A stretch of 64,000 nucleotides of DNA, taken from positions 5,280,001-5,344,000 of the forward strand of contig OY760937.1 of the NCBI GenBank assembly GCA_963664225.1, written 5' to 3'. The stretch is from Verrucomicrobiia bacterium (lineage in GTDB: Bacteria > Verrucomicrobiota > Verrucomicrobiia > Limisphaerales > UBA1319). Made by a program: the position numbers and the translations under genes. Of the stretch, positions 9,381-18,403 are shown one piece after another. The first letter of the stretch is position 1; every line of letters starts with the position of its first letter. A model generated the notes under the pieces. That model was not told the DNA's origin and searched no databases. It saw only the letters and a program-made list of their open reading frames with translations.

Positions 9381-10423
9381 AAACACCGAAATTCATCTTT
9401 GTGGTCGCCTTCTTTTCAGCGGCCTTCTCCTGCAATGCCGCCAGCGCAACGAACGCTTTGGAGACCCTCTCCAGTCGGTTTGCGGGGATCGCGGCTGCAG
9501 CCGAAGCTCAACAACACGCCGCCATTGCCAGTCAGGAGGGTTGGCTTTTCCTGACGGCCGAACTGCGCCACTTGGGCGTTGGGCATTTCTGGGGCCAGGA
9601 TGCAAAAACGGCCAGCCGGTCAGCGAACAGCGAAGCTGCGGATCCGCTCCCGGCCATTCTGGACTTTAACGCGCAACTCAAACGTGAAGGAATTGAACTC
9701 ATTCTCATGCCTGTGCCTCCCAAAGCGGCCATATATGCCGACAAGGTATTGGACCGGGCAACACCCCATGATGGCGGATCCCGACCCGATGTAGCGGACG
9801 CGGCCTTCTATCAGGTGTGCGCAGAGCAGGGAATCAAGGTGCTCGATTTGGGACCCGCCTTCTGGAGCGCCCGGAAAGCGGAGGCCACGCCACTCTATTG
9901 CATGACCGACTCGCATTGGTCCGGCCGCGGTTGCGTGGTGGCCGCCGGGGCCCTGTGTCAGGAACTCCGCACCCGGGCGTGGTTGGACAGCGTTCCAAAG
10001 AGGGTGTTCAAGAGCGATTGGCGGGAGGCGGAAATCCAGGGGGACCTGGCCGACCTCGTGGATCCCAAGGCCGCTCCTGAGAAGGTTCGATTGCGCTTTT
10101 TAACAGGCCCGGATGGTCCACCGGGTGACTGGCGGGAAAGTCCCATCTTGCTTTTGGGAGACAGCCATACCTTGGTATTTCATGCTGGGGAAGACATGCA
10201 CAGCACTGGAGCTGGCCTGGCCGATCAACTCGCTTTGGAATTGGGTTTTCCTGTGGACGTCGTGGGGGTTCGTGGCTCTGGCGCCACTCCAGCCCGCATT
10301 AACCTTCTCCGTCGAAAGGACAACCTGGCCGGTAAAAAAATCGTCATCTGGTGCTTCAGCGCCCGTGAATTCACCGAAGCGCCAGCTGGATGGAGGCTCA
10401 TTCCAGTCATCGGAAGAAAGTAA
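9377..10423 (+). CDS. Secreted AlgX/AlgJ-type SGNH-like O-acetyltransferase
   Basis: Signal peptide, 'EGWLFL', 'PVPPKAAIY', 'MTDSHWS', 'LLGDSH'. Confidence 0.85.
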   Translation: MKTPKFIFVVAFFSAAFSCNAASATNALETLSSRFAGIAAAAEAQQHAAIASQEGWLFLTAELRHLGVGHFWGQDAKTASRSANSEAADPLPAILDFNAQLKREGIELILMPVPPKAAIYADKVLDRATPHDGGSRPDVADAAFYQVCAEQGIKVLDLGPAFWSARKAEATPLYCMTDSHWSGRGCVVAAGALCQELRTRAWLDSVPKRVFKSDWREAEIQGDLADLVDPKAAPEKVRLRFLTGPDGPPGDWRESPILLLGDSHTLVFHAGEDMHSTGAGLADQLALELGFPVDVVGVRGSGATPARINLLRRKDNLAGKKIVIWCFSAREFTEAPAGWRLIPVIGRK

Positions 10424-10434
10424 CATTATCTGGC

Positions 10435-13356
10435 ATGAAACCTAACTTTTTAACCTCCCTTTTCGTGGTTCTTTGCGGACTTCTTTGTCCGTGTGAATTG
10501 GTGGCTGCCGGACCAGCTCTCGTTCGGAATGACCCTCTGATCGACTTCAATTGGGGTGGTGCATCGCCCGGCCAGGGTGTGCCTGCGGATGGCTTCTCCG
10601 TCCGCTGGACCGGGTCGATCAAATTGCCGCGGGACGGGAAATTCACTTTTTACACGGTCTCCGACGATGGAATTCGGCTCTGGGTGGACGACCAGTTGGT
10701 GATCGATAACTGGACCAATCATGGCGAGACGGAAAACCAGGGCCAGATCGAGCTGTGGGGTGCCAGGCCCCATCCCATCCGCCTTGAGTATTACGATGAC
10801 ACTGGCGCAGCAGTCGCGAAGCTCTTGTGGTCAGGTCCGGGCTTCGAGAAACAAGTCATTCCCACTCAATCACTCTTTCCTGACCTCTGGTTGGAGAGCG
10901 CGAAGGGCACCGGACTGCGGGCGGTTTATTATTCAGGCACAGAATTGGGCGGGACTGCCGAGGACAATATTCCTCCGGGAAATGCGGAGGGGTTGCGGCA
11001 GATGGCCAAACTGGGCCGCGGCTTCGTCGTCTGGGAATCCAACCGCACCGGCAACTGGCGCATCTGGCATCGCAATTTCGATGGCTCCGACTTGCGGCAG
11101 GTCTCGCCTGATGAAACGGACCGCGCCCACCTGGCCCCGCACATCAGTCCCGATGGCACCCAGCTTGTGTATGTGAGCGTTCCTCACGCTCTTCTAATAA
11201 GCTGGCGAGAGGATGCCCCGGACGGCATTCCCATGTATCTGATCAACATCGATGGTTCCGGGTTGAAGAAGATCGCCGCCAATGCGCGGACCTACGGCGG
11301 AGATCGTGCCGCCGTCTGGCTGGACAACGATAACCTGATCTACCTCCCTGCAGGCAAAGGTCCGACCAAACTCAACATCCGGACCGGGGTGGAAGATCGG
11401 CTCCCACCCAACGGGCTTTGGCTGCCCAACCGGTCGATGACTTGTGCCACCACGGGAACCCCCACTTTCAGCCCCTACGATGCGGCCAGCGGCACGATCA
11501 GCGAGCAGGCCGCTTTCGGCGGTTGCATGCCGTATTTCAGCAATGATGGTGTCTGGGGTTTCTGGATGGGGGGCGCGGGGGGACCGATTAATCGCATTCG
11601 CCTCGGAAACCGACAGGTCAGCCCCATCATTAACCTCCACGACAGCCGCATGCCTGCCGACCGCGCCTATCTCTACTTTCCCATGTTCTCACGCTCCCAG
11701 CGCCTGTTTGCGTTCGGCGCTTCACCTGACCAGCACGACCACTCCATATCGGACTACGACATCTTTGTTGCCCAGGCGAATCCCGACACCCTGGAAATTA
11801 TCGGCAAGCCGGTTCGTTACACCTTTAATCGGGCCACGGATCGCTATCCGGACGTCTTCCTCGCCGACTTTGAACTCGGCACCCGAGACGGTGAAGCCCC
11901 CTTCGAGGTTGAATTTGCAACAGACAAATATTCCGGCGATTGGAACTGGGATTTTGGCGATGGTTCGCCGACAGGCGGGCAATCAAGGCACCTGTTCACC
12001 CGGCCCGGCGAATACGATGTGCGCGCCGCCCAGGGAGACAAATCTCTGCGCGGCCGTGTCCGGGTGCGCGCGGCCCAACCGCCCGCTGTGCAGGCTGTAT
12101 TTCTTCAAGGCGATCGTGAAGTGGTGGTCGAGTTTGATGAACCTATCGACATTTCCCGTATGAGCCTGACCGCGCCCCAGGGAATCCAGATTGCTGCCAG
12201 GCGCGTGGAAAAGCAGCGACTGCGTTTGACGCTCTCCTCCGAGCTAAAGCAGGAAATTACCCTTGGCCTGAGCGAAATCAGGGATCTAGCCCAGCGCCCC
12301 AATACGCTCGCCTCCACAAATGTCGTCGTTCGCCCGCTGGAATGGCCCGCTGACCGCAAAGGCTTGGTATTTGCCTGGCGAACGGCTGCGGTCCCTGTCA
12401 ACGCGGTCAATCCGGACACCGGAAAACCCGTGGCCAGCAAACTTACGCGACGCGACGCGGCCCGTCTGGACCATGATTCTGCCATGGTCCTCAATGGCGG
12501 ATCGTGCATCGCGACCAATGCCGAAACGCCTCTCCTTGAGGCCTGCCGGGCCTCGAACGCATTGACCATCGAAGCCACCATCACACCCGCCAGCATCACG
12601 CAGGAGGGGCCCGCGCGCATCGTTTCTTTCTCCTCGGACCCATCAAGCCGGAATTTCACCTTGGGCCAGCAGAAGGACAAACTCATCGTGCGACTGCGCA
12701 CTCCCCAGACCGGAACAAACGGCACGCCGCCGGAGCTTGAAGTCTGTTCTGTTGCGGCCAACGGCACGCATCACGTCATGGTGAGCTATACTGGTGGGCA
12801 ACTCGTCTGCTATCTGGACGGTGCAAAGGTGCTGGAGTCCTCGAAAGTTCAAGGCGATTTCAGCAACTGGTCCCCGCAACACCTCGTCCTCGGCGACGAA
12901 TGGAACGGCCAGCGTAATTGGTCGGGCGCCCTGGAGGGAGTGGCCATCTTCTCACGTACGCTCAGCGCTGATGAGGTGCGGCGCGAGTACGAGGCCTATC
13001 AGCGCATCCGTGCCAGGCGCGCCGCGGTGCCCCAACTGGCCGTTGACGCCGAACTGATCAGCCTGTCTAAGATTCCGACTTTGAAGGAAATCCTGCCCTA
13101 TCGGGAGGCCTTGATGGTGGGTGAATATCGGGTGACAAAGGTGGTCGATGGGAAACTGGAAGCAGCCACCGTGCGCGTGGTGCATTGGGCCTTGCTCGAC
13201 GGTGCCGCAAGGACTCCCACAACACGCAAGCCCGGATGGTCCGGCCGACTCAATCTCGAGGCCTTTGAGGCAAATCCCCAGCTCAAGAGTCTCTTCCTGA
13301 GCGATACTCTCAAGGAGAACTTCGAGGCGGAGCTGTTTTATGATTCGGCCATCTAA
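10435..13356 (+). CDS. Secreted multidomain protein: PA14 (permuted), TolB-like propeller, PKD, Ig-like, LamG, C-terminal domain
   Basis: Start chosen at MKPNFL (signal peptide). 'FSVRWTG...SDDGIRLWVD' (PA14); 'WESNRTGNWRIW...ISPDGTQLVY' (TolB-like); 'WDFGDGS...FTRPGEYDV' (PKD); 'LTIEATI...ARIVSFS...HHVMVSY...YLDG' (LamG). Confidence 0.8.
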   Translation: MKPNFLTSLFVVLCGLLCPCELVAAGPALVRNDPLIDFNWGGASPGQGVPADGFSVRWTGSIKLPRDGKFTFYTVSDDGIRLWVDDQLVIDNWTNHGETENQGQIELWGARPHPIRLEYYDDTGAAVAKLLWSGPGFEKQVIPTQSLFPDLWLESAKGTGLRAVYYSGTELGGTAEDNIPPGNAEGLRQMAKLGRGFVVWESNRTGNWRIWHRNFDGSDLRQVSPDETDRAHLAPHISPDGTQLVYVSVPHALLISWREDAPDGIPMYLINIDGSGLKKIAANARTYGGDRAAVWLDNDNLIYLPAGKGPTKLNIRTGVEDRLPPNGLWLPNRSMTCATTGTPTFSPYDAASGTISEQAAFGGCMPYFSNDGVWGFWMGGAGGPINRIRLGNRQVSPIINLHDSRMPADRAYLYFPMFSRSQRLFAFGASPDQHDHSISDYDIFVAQANPDTLEIIGKPVRYTFNRATDRYPDVFLADFELGTRDGEAPFEVEFATDKYSGDWNWDFGDGSPTGGQSRHLFTRPGEYDVRAAQGDKSLRGRVRVRAAQPPAVQAVFLQGDREVVVEFDEPIDISRMSLTAPQGIQIAARRVEKQRLRLTLSSELKQEITLGLSEIRDLAQRPNTLASTNVVVRPLEWPADRKGLVFAWRTAAVPVNAVNPDTGKPVASKLTRRDAARLDHDSAMVLNGGSCIATNAETPLLEACRASNALTIEATITPASITQEGPARIVSFSSDPSSRNFTLGQQKDKLIVRLRTPQTGTNGTPPELEVCSVAANGTHHVMVSYTGGQLVCYLDGAKVLESSKVQGDFSNWSPQHLVLGDEWNGQRNWSGALEGVAIFSRTLSADEVRREYEAYQRIRARRAAVPQLAVDAELISLSKIPTLKEILPYREALMVGEYRVTKVVDGKLEAATVRVVHWALLDGAARTPTTRKPGWSGRLNLEAFEANPQLKSLFLSDTLKENFEAELFYDSAI

Positions 13357-13452
13357 ATGGCGTGGGATGCAGGGGCGTTCCCTTGATCGACTTTGACCGA
13401 CCTTCTGTTAACTGAAAAAATGAATAAGTTTAATACAGTGCGCGGCGGAGCA

Positions 13453-15612
13453 ATGACCACCCGGCTGGTTCTGTTCTGCGTTCGCGCCATGGGTTTCGCG
13501 ACACTTCTACTGAGCGTAATTAACACGGCCGCCCTGGACACGCCATGGCAGGTAGCCGGGCAGCCTGAACTAAAGCACGACCTGGAACAGGCGCCCAGGC
13601 TGCAGACCGAGGCGTTGGGCGAGCCCGCTCGCGGGGTGAATGTTTGGGAACGCTGGATGGTGCCCAATGCCGATGGCAAATCGTGGGACCTCCTGCAGAT
13701 CTATTTCAAGGAGTATTATGGGCCTACGTGGCTCTTTGCGGTCGATCTGGGCACTGGGCAAGTGAAGAAACAGCGGCTGGCTGATGACCACCAATTCTAC
13801 CTCTCCGGCAGGGCGCTCGGTTTCGACGGCAAGTACTACATCGCCATGCCGTCCCGAAAAACCTGGAGTATGGACCTGTTCGTTTACGATCCGGCGACAA
13901 ACACAGTGGAAGAACGAGGTGAGATCGTTCCCGGCCTTGGCGGTGAGGTTCGGCCGCTTGTGGTCGGTCCCGATGGCCGAATCTATGGCACCGGCACGAG
14001 GGGGAACCGGGTCGGCCTGTATATCTACGACCCGAAACTGGGCAAGGTGGTGAAGGACTTCGGTTCCGTGGGGCCGAGCCATCCCAATGGTGCCTGGAGT
14101 CGCTATGTCATGGGGGTGGACGACACGCACGCATATATCGCCAGTGGAATGATTCCCGCATGGTACCTCGTGGCGGTCAACCTCGAAACGGGCGAACAGA
14201 AAGTGCTGCTGGAATCGCCCACGGAACGCAAAATGGACATCCTCGAGCAATTCCCGGGGGCCTACGCCCGCATTCCCCAGGGCGGCGGCGCGCCCGACAA
14301 GGAATACTGGCTCTATCATGGTCAGGCGCTCCCGAAGCTCAATGACACACCACCGTGGCCGGGGAATGCCTCTCCCTGGGACAAGGCCATGCCGAGGCCG
14401 GAAGTCTATTTCGATCAGATCGATCCCGATGTCGAAGGCAATGCAGTGGTGTGGTACCGGTCACAGGAGGACGCAAAGGCTGAAAAAACCCTTCGCAGTG
14501 ACGGTGCCAGCATTGAAAAATCCGACGACGCCAGGCTGAAAGCCCTCGGCTGGAAATCGGTCCGTCTGGAGGGCGTCCCCGCTTATCCCCACCGCATCAA
14601 CCCTCTGTCGATCCTTCCTGACGGCCGCCTTTATGGCACGGGTGACGACTACGTGGGCACCTTCATCTTCGACCCCAAGACCGACCAAAGCACCTACTGT
14701 GGCCCGCGCACCGGCCTTGCGCCGTACACGACCATCGTCTGTGGTGGCAAGCTCTATTCCAGCGGCTACGCGGGCGGCCCGCTTTTCGTCTATGATCCCG
14801 GGCAACCCTGGACCCTGGGAAAAGGCGGCCCGCCAAATCAACCCGCTCTCGGCCCGGATAATCCGCATCGTGTGGGGGAATTGGACCGCTCCACGCGCGT
14901 GGCCATCATGCACAGCTCCGCCTTGGGCGCCGACGGGAGGATCTACTTTGGCGGATACGGGGAGCGCGGATATACTGGCGGCGGTCTCGGTTGGTATGAT
15001 CCGAAGACGGGGGAAATGAATGGCCTTTGGAAGCCCTTGAGTGGTTATGCCGTCCAATGGATCGCGCCGGTCCTTGACGGTCGGTTGATCGCGATTTCCA
15101 CGATCCGGGCTCCGGACGAATTGAATAACAACCAGGTCCCTGAAGAAGCCAGGCTGTTCATCTACGACGTGAGCGCGCAGAAGTTTGTCCGTGACATCGT
15201 CCCGGTGCCAAAAGGTCATACGACCGGGCTTATTGCTGAAGTTGCGCCCGGGCGTTTGCTTGGATTGACCTCGGACCGGGACCATAAAGACCGCAGCATC
15301 CTCTACGGGCTTGACGTCTCCACGGGCGCCGTGCTTTTCACCAGGGAACTGCCCTCGCCGGTCTCGACCGACGCCTATTGGCCCCACTGGGTGGATCCTT
15401 CATACGAATATCATGCCTTCGCGCCCGGGCCGGATGGTTTCATTTGGACCTACCTGAAGGATGTGCTGGTGCGCATCGATCCCAAGGACGCGAGCGTGCA
15501 TGTCGTTGGCAGGGTTGATCCGGTGGGTTGGCCGACTTTCGTAGGGCGCGACCTCTACCTGTCGGGCCACGAACAGTTGCGGCGCATTCGCAACATCGTT
15601 CCGGCTCGATAA
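13453..15612 (+). CDS. Secreted beta-propeller protein of unknown function
   Basis: Repeated blade motifs GFDGKYY, GPDGRIY, LPDGRLY, GADGRIY, GPDGFIW and YDPxT. Start uncertain (13393/13420/13453). Confidence 0.7.
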   Translation: MTTRLVLFCVRAMGFATLLLSVINTAALDTPWQVAGQPELKHDLEQAPRLQTEALGEPARGVNVWERWMVPNADGKSWDLLQIYFKEYYGPTWLFAVDLGTGQVKKQRLADDHQFYLSGRALGFDGKYYIAMPSRKTWSMDLFVYDPATNTVEERGEIVPGLGGEVRPLVVGPDGRIYGTGTRGNRVGLYIYDPKLGKVVKDFGSVGPSHPNGAWSRYVMGVDDTHAYIASGMIPAWYLVAVNLETGEQKVLLESPTERKMDILEQFPGAYARIPQGGGAPDKEYWLYHGQALPKLNDTPPWPGNASPWDKAMPRPEVYFDQIDPDVEGNAVVWYRSQEDAKAEKTLRSDGASIEKSDDARLKALGWKSVRLEGVPAYPHRINPLSILPDGRLYGTGDDYVGTFIFDPKTDQSTYCGPRTGLAPYTTIVCGGKLYSSGYAGGPLFVYDPGQPWTLGKGGPPNQPALGPDNPHRVGELDRSTRVAIMHSSALGADGRIYFGGYGERGYTGGGLGWYDPKTGEMNGLWKPLSGYAVQWIAPVLDGRLIAISTIRAPDELNNNQVPEEARLFIYDVSAQKFVRDIVPVPKGHTTGLIAEVAPGRLLGLTSDRDHKDRSILYGLDVSTGAVLFTRELPSPVSTDAYWPHWVDPSYEYHAFAPGPDGFIWTYLKDVLVRIDPKDASVHVVGRVDPVGWPTFVGRDLYLSGHEQLRRIRNIVPAR

Positions 15613-15679
15613 ACCTGGCCCCCGCGACTGCAGAGTGCGGTTCTGTGTTTCGCCCAATCCGCTGCCGCTGCCATCGTAT

Positions 15680-16256
15680 GCATCCTTAGTTGCACCCCCA
15701 CAGTCGGGTGCCCGTCAATCTCGAGATTGCAGAAAGAGATTCAGTAGGGCCATGCTGCGTGGAAAGCACGGTCGAGCCGCCTGATTTCAGAGATGTCGTG
15801 AATATCACGAGGGTCAGCATCCCAGCCCTCAATGCTGAAGACCACGCAGTTGATCACCAGCCGGAGGCGGCGACCTCATTTTGACCGGAATGGTTCTGAT
15901 TTCAGCAATCCTGGGATGCTGGCTGGACAAAAACTTGGCTTCGATATAGATGCTCGGGCTCCTTAGAGTTCAGGTGCCGTGGACGATCACGGTGGGGACA
16001 CTGGTGTGCGCGAGTGCCGGGCTGGTCACGTGGCTGGTCATGCTGTATAATCTGCCCGACCCCAGTTGAGCCGCACACGTAATTTGTTTGTCGCTGTCGC
16101 CATCAGTGGCCATGGCGCTGAAGGTTAAATAACACGGTGCCCGAGGATCAACTTTTTGCCATCGACAGGTCCTGAGCCTCGGTCTTTTTTGGACCTCACT
16201 CAGGTGGGGAGGGGACGTATTATGAGCCGGACTCGCCTGTCTGGAACAATTCCAGG
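15680..16256 (+). repeat. Block B copy 2 (DUF1817-like fragment, MFS 3' end, intergenic hairpins, 3' tip of the 4101-5078 gene)
   Basis: Aligns by eye to 3393-3632 and 3857-4137. Minus-strand translation 'GRRLRLVINCVVFSIEGWDADPRDIHDISEIRRLDRAFHAAWPY*ISFCNLE'. Confidence 0.9.
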
Positions 16257-16400
16257 CTGGTGTGAAGAAATGAAGGCTCGCATGGCTTTCATTGTGTTGG
16301 TGCCACAAGATTGGTCCGCCGAGACGAATGTATCCTGGGCAATCTTTAGGGATGGGTCACAGGGAGACTTTTATTTGGCCTTTGCCAAGGCGACGGGCGC

Positions 16401-16602
16401 TCAATGTCTCCCCGTGACGGGGTAGCCTGCCCGGCGTAAATCCTCTGCCAAATCCATTTCCATCTGTACCGCCGCGTCGAAGGGCATGGGATTAAGATGC
16501 ACAAACAGTTCAGACATCAGCCGCAGGCCATCGCGTTCGACCACATCTACCGACTCGATGCTCCGCCGGTGATTTTCGAAGCGTTCCTCTGGGGTCAGAT
16601 GC
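16401..16602 (-). pseudogene. C-terminal fragment of a small GIY-YIG-like protein
   Basis: 'LTPEERFENHRR...GLRLMSELFVHLNPMPFDAAVQMEMDLAEDLRRAGYPVTGRH' has the R-F-x-x-H and A-x-x-x-E elements; the N-terminal Y/YVG motifs are missing. Confidence 0.5.
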
Positions 16603-17030
16603 GGCGTCGAAGGTTTTGCGCTGCACCAGTTCGATGTTGCGGGTGACGGGACCGGTCGCGAGCAGCGTGCCGGCATGCCCGAGGGAGGCGACAAACTGAA
16701 TGCCGAACCGAAAAAGGAGGCCGCTGACAACAACTCGCAGGCAGCGTTCCTGCATTGACCGGTATTGCTGCGGTATCGTTCATGTGGGAGCGCTTTTCTG
16801 TTCGGTCTGTGCCTGGCACTGGTTTTTCATGATTTATTCTTGCGCACAAAGATCAACTGTCATGATACTTCGGTAAATCACAAGCGGCAGCGTAATCCGG
16901 ATTGTCAGCTTTTTATGAATCAATTGGGTGTCTCACCGCACTCTGTCTTTACTCGATGGCCACTGCCGGGCCCGCCACCGCTCCATGTCGGACGCGTGGA
17001 AGATCCTCCACCGAATAGGAAAACCAAAAT

Positions 17031-18260
17031 ATGCCAAACTTACATTCATCCATTGAAGGCCAAGGCACGTCGCGCGGGCTGAATCGGCGCCAATTTCTTT
17101 CCAGCACGGGTGCGGCCACCTTGGGGTTAACCATGCTCAAACCGAGTCTGATCGGTGCCGCCGAGGCCAAAGTCAATATTGGGCTGATCGGCTGTGGCGG
17201 ACGCGGTTCCTGGATTGCAGGGGTGTTCCAGAACCACGGGGGCTATAATGTCGTGGCAGTGGCCGACTATTTCCAGGACAAGGCTGACAATGCCGGGCAA
17301 AAACTTGGCGTACCTGAGGCCAAAAGGTTCGCCGGCCTGAACGGATATCGAAAGTTGCTCGATGAGAAATTGGACGCGGTCATGATTATAAGCCCGCCCT
17401 ACTTCCATCCTGAACATGCGGCCGCCGCAGTCGAGGCGGGCAAACACGTTTACCTGGCCAAGCCCATTGCAGTGGATGTGCCAGGGTGCCAGACCATCGC
17501 CGAGAGCGGTCGGAAGGCCACCGACAAGAAACTGGCATTCCTGGTTGATTTTCAAACCCGATCCACACCTTCCTTCCAGGAGGTCGCCAAACGCATCCAT
17601 GCCGGAGAGATCGGCACTATCAAAACGGCCGAAGCTGCCTACCAATGCAGCCTTTATTTTGCCGAGATGGACGCTGCGTTCCGTCAGAGCACGAAAGACA
17701 ACGCCGCCCGCCTCCGCGCATGGGCCATCGACCGCGTGCTGTCCGGCGACATCATTACAGAGCAGAATATCCATGCCCTGGATGTGGCCACCTGGTACCT
17801 GAATGCCGCGCCTGTCAAGGCGGTGGGCACCGGAGGACGCGCCCGTAATTTTACGGGTGATTGTTGGGACCATTTTTCGGTCATCTTCACTTTTCCACAA
17901 GAAGTCATTGTCACATTCAGTTCGAAGCAGTTCGGCTCTTTCTACGATGACATCATGTGCCGTGTTTACGGCACCAACGGTTCGGCGGAGGCCCATTACG
18001 GCGGCAAGGCCTGGGTGCGCAGCAGTGAAGACGCCTTCGAAGGCGGCTGGACCGACGGGGTTGTTACGAATATCGCCACCTTCCACAAAAACATCAGCGA
18101 AGGACACCATGAAAACCCGACAGTGGACCCGAGCGTTCGCAGCAATCTGACAACCATCCTTGGGCGCACGGCTGCCTATAAACGAACCGAAGTCACCTGG
18201 GATGACATGATTAAGGCCAATGAGAAATGGACCTTCGATACCAAGGGACTCAAGGGGTAG
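17031..18260 (+). CDS. Tat-exported Gfo/Idh/MocA oxidoreductase
   Basis: Twin-arginine 'NRRQFL', Rossmann 'GLIGCGGRG', 'GKHVYLAKP', 'EQNIHALD'. Confidence 0.9.
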   Translation: MPNLHSSIEGQGTSRGLNRRQFLSSTGAATLGLTMLKPSLIGAAEAKVNIGLIGCGGRGSWIAGVFQNHGGYNVVAVADYFQDKADNAGQKLGVPEAKRFAGLNGYRKLLDEKLDAVMIISPPYFHPEHAAAAVEAGKHVYLAKPIAVDVPGCQTIAESGRKATDKKLAFLVDFQTRSTPSFQEVAKRIHAGEIGTIKTAEAAYQCSLYFAEMDAAFRQSTKDNAARLRAWAIDRVLSGDIITEQNIHALDVATWYLNAAPVKAVGTGGRARNFTGDCWDHFSVIFTFPQEVIVTFSSKQFGSFYDDIMCRVYGTNGSAEAHYGGKAWVRSSEDAFEGGWTDGVVTNIATFHKNISEGHHENPTVDPSVRSNLTTILGRTAAYKRTEVTWDDMIKANEKWTFDTKGLKG

Positions 18261-18403
18261 GAATCGCACGGATGAGATCGACACGCCCGGACGGGAGCTC
18301 GGGTTTGGTTATACAATCCGGGGGGTGGTATCATTTAAGTTCAGTGATAATAACTCCAATGCACCGTCGAATCTCAATCTCAACAACCTCCATAAAAAAC
18401 CTC

